From: Thermoplasmata archaeon
GTDB lineage: Archaea; Thermoplasmatota; Thermoplasmata; Thermoplasmatales; Thermoplasmataceae
Assembly (NCBI GenBank): GCA_021806355.1
Contig: JAJZXT010000050.1
Span: forward strand, 1 to 36,169
Length of the DNA: 36,169 nucleotides
Reading direction: 5' to 3'
Part shown: positions 1-8,317 of the stretch, piece after piece
How the letters are laid out: every line of letters begins with the position of its first letter
Position numbering within the stretch: position 1 is the first letter of the stretch
The notes under the pieces: model-generated
Told to the model about the DNA's origin: nothing
Databases searched by the model: none
The model's input: only the letters and a program-made list of their open reading frames with translations
Made by a program: the position numbers and the translations under genes

Positions 1-91
1 TTTTTCAGTAATTTAATTAAATATTTAAATTATTTAAATTATTTTGTTATTTTTTCTTTTTTTATTTTTTTAATTTTTAATTTTAAGAGGT

Positions 92-751
92 ATGATCATG
101 AATAATGGAAATAAATCATTTAAACAAGCAAAAGTGGGAAGGCCAAACAAAGGGTACGAGAAGCACATTATGAGATCTGTCGTTTCCGATCTAACGATAG
201 AAGAATATCTGAAGGAGCATCCTGATGTGAATGCAAGCGAGGTTTTCAGGTTAGCTGTCTATTCGCTGATGCCAAAAGGTGATACAAAAATTAGGCTGGA
301 CAGGCTTGAAAAGGAGATTAAAGATAAGAAAATCAATATCAGGATAAAGGAACTGGAAGCTCAGGAACTTAGAAATAAGATTGAGTTTGAGGAATCCATC
401 AAGTTAGACATTAGGCTTGAAGAGGACTGCGGAGCATGGTATCTAAGAGATCTAATTGTTAAGAAGAAATTAAGCGTGTATTTTTCACCATTTCACAAAA
501 GAAACATACTTGCTGAAGACAGTAGTGAAATGATGCGAAAACACCATCTTATGCTTAATTTAGATTCGTTCGTAGAGAAATCAGAGATAGAAAATGAAAG
601 AATGAAAATTATGCCTGTTGAATGGTATAAACAATTCAAACCTATTTTTACGTTGCCAGAGTTGAAGGAAACTATCAAGAACAGAATGAGGCCGGAATAC
701 CTGAAGCAGGAAGTCCGGGTTGAAATGATTCCTAAGGAGGAAGAGCAGTAA
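92..751 (+). CDS. hypothetical protein with basic N-terminus
   Basis: 219-aa ORF with GAGG just upstream (aagaggtATGatcATG), preceded by a roughly 90% AT leader. Its stop overlaps the next start (TAATG). No motif recognised. Confidence 0.5.
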   Translation: MIMNNGNKSFKQAKVGRPNKGYEKHIMRSVVSDLTIEEYLKEHPDVNASEVFRLAVYSLMPKGDTKIRLDRLEKEIKDKKINIRIKELEAQELRNKIEFEESIKLDIRLEEDCGAWYLRDLIVKKKLSVYFSPFHKRNILAEDSSEMMRKHHLMLNLDSFVEKSEIENERMKIMPVEWYKQFKPIFTLPELKETIKNRMRPEYLKQEVRVEMIPKEEEQ

Positions 752-951
752 TGTCAGTTAGTGATGAATCTGCCCTGTTGGAAGAATACATCCAGGAAGA
801 ATGGGAAGCCTTCAAAGTATCCTCTGTAAATAATGGGCTGAGAATCGACCAAAGGAACGAAGGCGAAGCATTCACCCTATTCATGTGCGGCGTTCTGTCC
901 GGTGTCAATTATCCCGTACCTAAGCCAAAAAAGGAAAAGGAGAGTGATTAA
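751..951 (+). CDS. hypothetical small acidic protein
   Basis: 66-aa ORF coupled to the upstream gene. It ends at TAA 949-951 and is in the same frame as the Hjc-like ORF that follows. Confidence 0.4.
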   Translation: MSVSDESALLEEYIQEEWEAFKVSSVNNGLRIDQRNEGEAFTLFMCGVLSGVNYPVPKPKKEKESD

Positions 952-1413
952 ATTACATCAAAAGGCACTGCAGCTGAGGGAATATTCCTGAAGCTCCTAC
1001 TCAACAATGGGATAGAAGCAGAGCATGGCTCTCCGACAAGACCGGGAGACATTATCGTGCCACCCAACGTAATTATTGAGATCAAGGATCCAAAGGAAAA
1101 ATCGTTTTCATTCAAGCGGCATTCAGGAAAGGGAGAAGAGCAGTGGAAGGTCCTGAAGGCAAAGGTCGAATCATTTCCCTGGCTTGAGATATTTTATGTT
1201 GTAAGATTTGCCCGGAAGGAATGGCGATACTATCAGATGCCAGTAGAAGCAAAAACCCTGAAAATTTCTAATGGAAGTGATGTTGGTAATTTAATCAATC
1301 TCCTGAAGGAAAGACAGAATCTTATGCCAAGGCAGAATCTCATGCTCACAGATCCTATGGAGATGGCCCAACACATAGGAGGAAGAAATTCAGAAAAGGG
1401 GGCCCTAAAATGA
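952..1413 (+). CDS. hjc: Holliday junction resolvase, Hjc-like PD-(D/E)XK nuclease; start codon unresolved
   Basis: The frame-1 translation directly after TAA 949-951 reads ITSKGTAAEGIFLKLLLNNGIEAEHGSPTRPGDIIVPPNVIIEIKDPKEK...FYVVRF. This matches the Hjc pattern KGxxxE ... D ... ExK. The track's GTG start at 1057 would remove the KGxxxE and D motifs. A GGAGAGTGA Shine-Dalgarno-like element lies at 939-947. Confidence 0.6.
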   Translation: MTSKGTAAEGIFLKLLLNNGIEAEHGSPTRPGDIIVPPNVIIEIKDPKEKSFSFKRHSGKGEEQWKVLKAKVESFPWLEIFYVVRFARKEWRYYQMPVEAKTLKISNGSDVGNLINLLKERQNLMPRQNLMLTDPMEMAQHIGGRNSEKGALK

Positions 1414-1832
1414 CACAGAATAAACAGAGGCATGCGATCTATGTTGCAGTCAGAAGGAAGCATCCCGATTGGCCCCCGGAATTGGTCAAGAAAGAAGTGG
1501 ATAAACTCCAGGGTTCACATAAAGGTTCACAAATAGATTCACAGGTTCACATTCCAAGGAAACCTGAAAGTCCAGAGAATACGCTGATTAGAAATAAAAA
1601 AGGTTCACATGATGGTTCACAAACAGGTTCACAATCTGACCTTGTCCTGGAAAAAAAGCAAGAGCACTATCTTCTTTCTTACAGCCGGAACAAATACCAG
1701 TTTGTGCTGTATTCAGTGGATACTTCCGGGAGAAAAAGTTTGATTAAGAGCTGCAGGAAGAATGACATTCTGAAATTAGGCCCCTGTGAAATTCAACTTA
1801 CCTGGGGCCCTGATATGGAGGTGAAGGAATGA
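1410..1832 (+). CDS. hypothetical protein with GS(H/Q) peptide repeats; carries the GGTTCACA DNA repeats
   Basis: 140-aa ORF with an ATGA overlap to the upstream gene. It has repeated GSHKGSQIDSQ / GSHDGSQTGSQ segments. Confidence 0.5.
   Translation: MTQNKQRHAIYVAVRRKHPDWPPELVKKEVDKLQGSHKGSQIDSQVHIPRKPESPENTLIRNKKGSHDGSQTGSQSDLVLEKKQEHYLLSYSRNKYQFVLYSVDTSGRKSLIKSCRKNDILKLGPCEIQLTWGPDMEVKE
1512..1633 (+). repeat. Seven copies of GGTTCACA (one is GATTCACA) in two clusters, mostly at 12-nt spacing
   Basis: Copies lie at 1512, 1524, 1536, 1544, 1602, 1614 and 1626. The two clusters are 90 nt apart. The 1544 copy is in a different reading frame from the others. Confidence 0.8.
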
Positions 1833-2110
1833 TCCAGATGCATTTCGGAGTTGATGACTGGACGGATCTATCCACAGAATCTCCAACTGAGTTCATTCGG
1901 GAAGTGGAGAGGAGATATCCGGACATGCCCGGGATATTCAGAAAATTCATTTCCCTGGTGAAGGAGGGAAGAGTGGCAGGAAAAGAATTCTCAAGGAAAG
2001 CTTATCCATCCTTGGAATCCATAAGGCCCGGGGACTGGATTATACGGCCATATCAACAAAACATGATAGATGTGCTGAAAGATTGTATAAAAAGAGGTAG
2101 GTTAAAATGA
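1829..2110 (+). CDS. hypothetical protein
   Basis: 93-aa ORF with ATGA overlaps on both sides. Confidence 0.45.
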   Translation: MIQMHFGVDDWTDLSTESPTEFIREVERRYPDMPGIFRKFISLVKEGRVAGKEFSRKAYPSLESIRPGDWIIRPYQQNMIDVLKDCIKRGRLK

Positions 2111-2409
2111 AATCTGTTACTGAAGTAACAAAAATCAATAATGAAAGACAGTTGAAGCTCATGGATGAGGATATCTTGCTTCCAACTATCCAAGTCAATC
2201 TTGATCATATAGATAGGGTAATTTTGGACATATTCCTAAGACACCCTTCTTGGCGTTATAAAGTTCAGCAAATCAATTATATTTTAGAATATCAGAATAT
2301 ATCTATAAAACCGATGGAAATAGCAAAAAGGCTTGATTTTTTTGTGAGAATAAGCGTATTAAAAAAAGAAAAAGGTTCTAGGGTTTATATCTATTCTATG
2401 ATAAAATAA
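2107..2409 (+). CDS. hypothetical protein (AT-rich segment)
   Basis: 100-aa ORF with an ATGA overlap upstream. Composition drops sharply to AT-rich from about 2100. Confidence 0.4.
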   Translation: MKSVTEVTKINNERQLKLMDEDILLPTIQVNLDHIDRVILDIFLRHPSWRYKVQQINYILEYQNISIKPMEIAKRLDFFVRISVLKKEKGSRVYIYSMIK

Positions 2410-2420
2410 AAGAAATATGA

Positions 2421-3398
2421 TTACAAATTGTCATTTTTTATTGAACTATATATCGCATTTACAAGTATTTTTGAAGGGTATTCCATCCTAAGCGACGATG
2501 TTCTTACAAAATCTTCTATCTCACCTTTGGTAATTCTTTGCCCTTCAGGAATAATACGTCTCCTAGCCTTTAAAAAATCCTTCTTCAATTTAGAGATTAC
2601 CTCAGGTGTTAAACCCTTCTGTCTTTCTGATTCTAAATAAGCGGATGTTGCGATATCGATATCTTCAAATTTTTTCACCAATTGATTTCTTTCTTTCTTC
2701 GTGAGATTATCTGGTAAATTCGATAGTATAAACGATAATAATTTATCCGAACCAAACAAATATGAGTCAAAATCTTCTTGTTCTTTTTCCTCGTCAGAAT
2801 TTATAATAATACCAAGTTCTTCCTCACTAAGTTCACACATTTCTAATACCCAATCTCTAAAAAGTTTTTCAAAATTTAAAAATCTCATATTATATCCATT
2901 TTCCTCGATTAAAGGAACAAAAATTTCTTTTATGAAAGCCTCGGGTTCAATGTCCTTTAATAAAAATTGATCTTTGATAAAATTGATAAGAATAATTTTT
3001 CTTTTATCAATTAGGTCTTCATTTTCTTCTTCCTCCACGTCGTCATATTCTAAATCACACCATTCTTTGGAATTTAATTCCAAAGATATGTCAAGATCAT
3101 TTTGAATGATGTGCAAATCAACACTGTATGCCTTTTTGTTTTCATCGTCAATGGTTTGTGATTCTATAAAAATTACTTTTTCATCATAAATCCGTGCTAA
3201 ATTGAAAAAATTATCCAAATATGGTACTGAATCTTCAATAATTTCAATATTTTCTAAACTCTTTAAAAATATGATTATGCCATCTTTTCCATCAATAGAG
3301 TCAATCTCAACAAGTCTCATTTGCCCATCGAAAGAGCTTAGTCTCTCTTTGATGAATCTTATTAGGCTTTCAACATCGTTCGCTTTTTTATTTTCCAT
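2421..3398 (-). CDS. hypothetical strongly acidic protein
   Basis: 325-aa ORF with very high D/E content (for example DDVEEEENEDLID and SDEEKEQEDFD). It is convergent with 2107..2409 and lies in an AT-rich patch of about 1.3 kb. Confidence 0.55.
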   Translation of the reverse strand: MENKKANDVESLIRFIKERLSSFDGQMRLVEIDSIDGKDGIIIFLKSLENIEIIEDSVPYLDNFFNLARIYDEKVIFIESQTIDDENKKAYSVDLHIIQNDLDISLELNSKEWCDLEYDDVEEEENEDLIDKRKIILINFIKDQFLLKDIEPEAFIKEIFVPLIEENGYNMRFLNFEKLFRDWVLEMCELSEEELGIIINSDEEKEQEDFDSYLFGSDKLLSFILSNLPDNLTKKERNQLVKKFEDIDIATSAYLESERQKGLTPEVISKLKKDFLKARRRIIPEGQRITKGEIEDFVRTSSLRMEYPSKILVNAIYSSIKNDNL

Positions 3399-3514
3399 TA
3401 TTGATCAAAATTCTATATTTATTAAATACTTAAAGTTATGATTAACTTTTGATAAGGTGAATCAGACGGCTGAATCATCTGATCCGTTAATAATTATTTT
3501 TCAGTATATAATCA

Positions 3515-4921
3515 ATGGCAACCACAAGTCGAGCAAACAAGTTTCAAAAGTTGGCCCTCAACAGGAGCTACATGGGGATGGGGCTGGCCACAATCATTCT
3601 GGCCTCCATACTCTCCCTGCTTTTTGTTGTATCTCTTTTCGCAAGGCCCACTATAGTCATAGCACATGGAAAGATCCTATACCTTGATGGGATCATCGCA
3701 TCCGCAATCATCCTCGGGGCCATGGTGTGGGCCCTCATAGAAGCCCTAACTCCCCCTGGAGGAATTGTTTCACTCATATGGAGGGCAGGCCTCGGGATCA
3801 TTATAGGCGGAGCTGCAGGAGCATACATCGGATACATCTTCGACTTCTCCCAGTATATCATCATCCCCTTATACCACGGAAATTTCTATGCTCAGGCATA
3901 TGCCTTTTGTATTCTGATATTTGGCTTTGCGGTTATATGGGATGCTGCATGGTCCCACAGGCACGGATACCTCGGGCAGAAAGCAAAGAATGCAAAGAAG
4001 GCAGGATACAAGGAGTCCGGAAGGGCCAAGGGATACAGGAAAATGATCGGCCTGATCCTGGGCCTCATATTCGTATTCCTCATGATCCCTGCATCTGGAT
4101 ATGTGGGGACTGCGTTCGCATCCCTGAATGATCACAATGGCCTTTCCTTCCCGGTCACATCCTTCACAGGAACGAGTCCCTCTGGAAATGTGTCCACATC
4201 ATCATTTACAAATTTTGCAAGTGGAACTGAAATGGTTTCTAACACATCTCTCAGCAGCTCCTATTCCTCTCCCAGTGCACCGGTCTACTTCACGGGATAC
4301 TTCCGGGGATATCTTCCCACATACATCTCGAAGAATTCCACAGGGGCGAATGTTACGAACTACATCCAGACGTTCTACCTCACCACGAACCTGACCATTG
4401 GGGAACTTTCATCCAATGTATACCAGAACATCTACCTGTCCATGGGATATCCCGGAGAATACAACATTTCACTGGGAACAGGAAATGCATCCACTTTCAT
4501 GCCTATTGCCTCCCTTGACCAGAACCAGACTATGAATATTACCTATGATTTCAGAGGAGGTTCATCAACTCTGGCAGTTGCATATCCATCTACCACTGCT
4601 TCTCCAGATGGTGGGATAATAATATCACGTTCGCCGCCTGAAACACTCGCTTCGTACAATTTCGCAATCTCTCCCTCAATGCTGACAGGAAACCAGTCCC
4701 ATAAGATAACATTCGAAGTGCAGACGCATAATCAGACTGAATTCGGGATGTATTACTTCGCTGTTGGCGCAACCTCGCCCACTCTTGCGGGGCCCATACA
4801 ACTGGAGGATGTTGGATATGTAATCGGATCAGTCCTGACAATCGTGGCAGCATCTCTTGAGATCCCCTGGATAGATCTCAGGCCCCTGCCAGGCGTCAGG
4901 AAAAGGAGGTCAAGAGCATGA
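3515..4921 (+). CDS. polytopic membrane protein with Ser/Thr/Asn-rich extracellular domain and C-terminal anchor (putative glycoprotein)
   Basis: 468 aa. It has several N-terminal hydrophobic helices and at least 12 N-x-S/T sequons in the C-terminal half. It ends with a C-terminal hydrophobic segment followed by RKRRSRA. Confidence 0.7.
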   Translation: MATTSRANKFQKLALNRSYMGMGLATIILASILSLLFVVSLFARPTIVIAHGKILYLDGIIASAIILGAMVWALIEALTPPGGIVSLIWRAGLGIIIGGAAGAYIGYIFDFSQYIIIPLYHGNFYAQAYAFCILIFGFAVIWDAAWSHRHGYLGQKAKNAKKAGYKESGRAKGYRKMIGLILGLIFVFLMIPASGYVGTAFASLNDHNGLSFPVTSFTGTSPSGNVSTSSFTNFASGTEMVSNTSLSSSYSSPSAPVYFTGYFRGYLPTYISKNSTGANVTNYIQTFYLTTNLTIGELSSNVYQNIYLSMGYPGEYNISLGTGNASTFMPIASLDQNQTMNITYDFRGGSSTLAVAYPSTTASPDGGIIISRSPPETLASYNFAISPSMLTGNQSHKITFEVQTHNQTEFGMYYFAVGATSPTLAGPIQLEDVGYVIGSVLTIVAASLEIPWIDLRPLPGVRKRRSRA

Positions 4922-5208
4922 ACTCCTTCAACATTAACTCAATACTCAACCCCATTTTTTCCTCATTCACATCATTCCTGGGCATCATAGTGGGGGCATT
5001 CTCAAACCTCTTCGTGATCATATTCGGTTCCTTCGGGGACGCAGTGGCAGTCATGTTCGTGTCCTTCGGAGCTTCAACTGCCTCGTACGGGGTAGCAGCA
5101 CCCATAGTGTTCGTGGCATCACTGGGCGGTGCAATCATAGTGGCCTTCGGAGTGTTCATGATCGTCGGCCCTGAGAAGGACATAACAGAAGCGGAGGATG
5201 ATCTCTGA
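4918..5208 (+). CDS. small membrane protein
   Basis: 96 aa with Gly/Ala/Phe-rich hydrophobic helices, an acidic tail, and an ATGA overlap upstream. Confidence 0.6.
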   Translation: MNSFNINSILNPIFSSFTSFLGIIVGAFSNLFVIIFGSFGDAVAVMFVSFGASTASYGVAAPIVFVASLGGAIIVAFGVFMIVGPEKDITEAEDDL

Positions 5209-5463
5209 ATGGGATTCACGGAGGAGATCTTCGGAGAGATTGAGGGTTTTGTTCTGGCACTCCTGCCTATGTTCTCCTCATTCATTTCTTCCATCCTTGA
5301 TTCCACAGGGATGGCATTCTCCTCTATCATTTTCTCTTCCATCATGCCTGCGGGCCTCTTTGGCCCCGCCATCATGGTATTTTCCTTTGGGATGACGTTC
5401 GCACTCGCCATGGGGGCCTTCTCCTTTGTTAAGGGCATATCTGACGTGACAGGTGGGGCCTGA
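5209..5463 (+). CDS. small membrane protein
   Basis: 84 aa and hydrophobic. It starts immediately after the previous stop (TGAATG). Confidence 0.6.
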   Translation: MGFTEEIFGEIEGFVLALLPMFSSFISSILDSTGMAFSSIIFSSIMPAGLFGPAIMVFSFGMTFALAMGAFSFVKGISDVTGGA

Positions 5464-5780
5464 TGTCCTGGATATCCAATCCGTATCTTCCATGGAACTG
5501 GCCTTCGGATCTTTCCCATTCCTTTGTCACACAGCTTGAATCTGGCATAGAATACCTGCTCCATGTATTCCTTTTCTCTATCCTGTCAATCATTCAGTCG
5601 ATCCTGTCCTCATTCGAATACATGTTCAGCTCTGTTCTCCTTGGAGTTGTTTATTCTTTCCAGAGCCTTGGGCCCCTTGGCCTTCCCATGTTCACAGCCC
5701 TCTTCATTGTGTCTGCAGGCATTTCCATGGATCTCTTCCACTTTGCCCATGATCTCCCAATTGTAGGTGATTTCGTATGA
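5463..5780 (+). CDS. small membrane protein
   Basis: 105 aa and hydrophobic, with a 1-nt overlap (TGATG) upstream and an ATGA overlap downstream. Confidence 0.6.
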   Translation: MSWISNPYLPWNWPSDLSHSFVTQLESGIEYLLHVFLFSILSIIQSILSSFEYMFSSVLLGVVYSFQSLGPLGLPMFTALFIVSAGISMDLFHFAHDLPIVGDFV

Positions 5781-8299
5781 AAGATAAAATCAATAAAATT
5801 TTGAATAATGAAAAAAACAGAAAATTACTGATAATATTGCTTGCCCTTGCACTTGTTTCCACCGGATCAACCTTCATGCTCCTCCAGCAGGGGCCAGTTC
5901 CGGTAGTGGTCGGAATTCCTCCGGGAGGAACCGTGCCCCCTTCGAACAACACGACTGCAACACCGTCCACTTCAATTACCATTGCACTGACCGGATCGCA
6001 TCCTGGAACATCATCATCCCCTAACCTTCTTCCAGGAGAACCCATCAACCTATCCGTTCAGGCCTCATTGGCTCCTCAGGGATGGCAGATCCATGCAGTC
6101 AACTGGACCGTAAGTTTCTCTCACCTTTCATATTGTCCAAAGTTCCCACTCAATGAAACATTTCGAACCATAGGAACCCGTCTCACTGTTCAAGGAGTTT
6201 GGACGACGGGAATTATGTCTTTCGCAAGTTCCAAAAACATATCTCCGTACAACATTAGTGCAGATCATAACTATATCCACATAAACGTGTCTTCTCCAAT
6301 GTATATCTCTGCGGCAGTTCAATTCACTTATAACGGGGCCATTACAGGAAGCTATGAATCCAACAAACTCATATATGATGCGTACCCGCCCCCGATCAAT
6401 TCACTTTCTCTTTCACCTGATCTGCCCTCTCTCCCTCCACTCCCACTGATCAATGTGAGCACTGATATTGATCACTCCATTCTCTTTTACAATCTCTTTG
6501 AACATCCTCCCATGGCCAACCTGTCCACATCCCTTTCATGGGACATTCATGGAGGATCGTATACCATGACAGTAGGCCCCTCAGGATCCTATAACGGGTT
6601 TCCATACACAAGTGAGTATATCTCCTTCAACAGCATTGGCACCTATTCAGTAACAGCTAATTGCTCCACAACAGTGGGCGGATACACTTTCTCCGATGGA
6701 GGTGAATATGTCAGAACAGCTACCGTCCACTCCGATCCTCCGCCATCCGTTTCAATTTCACCCTCACACAATCCTGCTGATATCGGAGTTCCCATAAAAT
6801 TCAATGCCACGCCATCAGGGGGGACGGGCATCTACTCATACAACTACACACTCTATAACGGCCAGTCTTCATCTTCATCCATCCTTCTCTCAGGGACCTC
6901 TTCAAGATTCACGTACTCATTCTTCTCACAGGGAAATTTCCTACTGTCATGGAAGGTTACAAGCAACAACTTCTCCGGGAGCTCATCCATCATAGAATCC
7001 ATCAACACAGACCCCACGGTATCCATCAATGAGAACAAGACAACCACTGATGTGGGGAATCCCATATCTTTCACATCATCGGTTCAATCCGGTACTTCTC
7101 CATTCTATTATTCCTGGTATGAGAGATCTTCGAACACATCAAATTACTCTCTCTTCTCCACTGCATCAAGCCCATCCTATTCGTTCACGGTTTCTGGTAC
7201 TTATTTCGTGTTCCTTTCCCTGAGGGATTCCTCCTCATATGTCTCAAACTCGTCCATTGTGTCTATCACAGTGAATCCTCCGCTCACAGGAAGCATATCC
7301 CTTTCCCCCTCCATTCTACCCGTTCCTTACACGGACGTGGGTTCTGTGAATCTTCAGGGGGGATCTGGTGTGTCACAGAACAACATTTACTGGACCAATG
7401 GATTTTCTCAGGATTATGGCTCCCCCACGCTTCCAGCTTCTTTCAGCGTGGGAACCCACCTCATAGGCGTCACCATAACGGATAATGCAGGCACAGTCCT
7501 GTTGCTGCACACATACCTGAGAGTCCTGCCAAACAATATAAAGATCACACCCAAGTTTCCCTCGCAGATACCTCAGGATTCTCTCATTCAATTGACAGCA
7601 CATGCATACAGTTTCATCGGGCCCAATGTATCGGTGACAGGATATTCATGGAGCATAAACAACAAATCATTCGGGGGCCAGACAATCTCATACAATTTCA
7701 ATGCCACAGGGACATACCACATCTTCATTTCCGCATGGGGCTCTTATCAGGGTTCCAACGATACTAACACATCAGAATTCAATGTCACTGTGCTGCCTCC
7801 CTCATCCACTCCAAACATAGTCATCATACAGACTCAAACAAAGGTGTCCGGAGGCATTGATTTCTCCTACTGGGCCTCATTCCACAACAACACATCATTC
7901 TCGGCAGCATTCATCACAGTGGGAGGAACCACATATCAGCCAACAAACATGTCCATATATTCCAATGGAACCGTGAGAATTGGAAAAACCATTGATTTTC
8001 AGAACATGCAGGCAGGAACGTACCAGATATCCTTGGAGGTGATAAACAACCAGTCCCAGGAGAAGAGTTCCAATTCCTCTTTCGTTGTGCCACTCTCCCA
8101 GAGCGGGACTTTCTCCATATACTCCATAGCGAACTTCTTCGGTGGTTACTTCAATTTTCTGATCTTCCTTGCCACAATGATAGGACTGGTGATTGCATGG
8201 GCAGGGCTTAGGGATTCGAAGGCCCCTCCAGTGATCAACATAAATGAAAACGGGAAACAGATGAAATACCAGCTGAGCGGAAAGAGAATAGGAAAGTAA
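5777..8299 (+). CDS. large surface/spike-like protein with PKD/Ig-like repeats, N-terminal signal anchor and C-terminal TM anchor
   Basis: 840 aa. The N-terminus has the hydrophobic stretch KLLIILLALALVSTG. PKD-like signatures are present (PSGGTGIYSYNYTLYNG, SVQSGTSPFYYSWYE). There are more than two dozen N-x-S/T sequons. The C-terminus has FLIFLATMIGLVIAWAGL followed by a basic tail. Confidence 0.75.
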   Translation: MKDKINKILNNEKNRKLLIILLALALVSTGSTFMLLQQGPVPVVVGIPPGGTVPPSNNTTATPSTSITIALTGSHPGTSSSPNLLPGEPINLSVQASLAPQGWQIHAVNWTVSFSHLSYCPKFPLNETFRTIGTRLTVQGVWTTGIMSFASSKNISPYNISADHNYIHINVSSPMYISAAVQFTYNGAITGSYESNKLIYDAYPPPINSLSLSPDLPSLPPLPLINVSTDIDHSILFYNLFEHPPMANLSTSLSWDIHGGSYTMTVGPSGSYNGFPYTSEYISFNSIGTYSVTANCSTTVGGYTFSDGGEYVRTATVHSDPPPSVSISPSHNPADIGVPIKFNATPSGGTGIYSYNYTLYNGQSSSSSILLSGTSSRFTYSFFSQGNFLLSWKVTSNNFSGSSSIIESINTDPTVSINENKTTTDVGNPISFTSSVQSGTSPFYYSWYERSSNTSNYSLFSTASSPSYSFTVSGTYFVFLSLRDSSSYVSNSSIVSITVNPPLTGSISLSPSILPVPYTDVGSVNLQGGSGVSQNNIYWTNGFSQDYGSPTLPASFSVGTHLIGVTITDNAGTVLLLHTYLRVLPNNIKITPKFPSQIPQDSLIQLTAHAYSFIGPNVSVTGYSWSINNKSFGGQTISYNFNATGTYHIFISAWGSYQGSNDTNTSEFNVTVLPPSSTPNIVIIQTQTKVSGGIDFSYWASFHNNTSFSAAFITVGGTTYQPTNMSIYSNGTVRIGKTIDFQNMQAGTYQISLEVINNQSQEKSSNSSFVVPLSQSGTFSIYSIANFFGGYFNFLIFLATMIGLVIAWAGLRDSKAPPVININENGKQMKYQLSGKRIGK

Positions 8300-8317
8300 T
8301 AAAGAGGTGAAAAAAAG

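Noticed and set aside
3457-4394. Several overlapping ORFs (3457..3687, 3568..3864, 3727..4131, 3869..4135, 3892..4083, 4128..4394)
   Set aside because: All are off-frame or antisense to the 468-aa membrane glycoprotein gene. They translate to Arg/His/Pro-rich nonsense typical of shadow frames.
4896-5564. 222-aa minus-strand ORF antisense to the three small membrane-protein genes
   Set aside because: The translation is Met/Pro/Ala-rich and low in complexity. The plus strand carries a start-stop coupled series of clearly hydrophobic proteins. I treat this as a shadow ORF.
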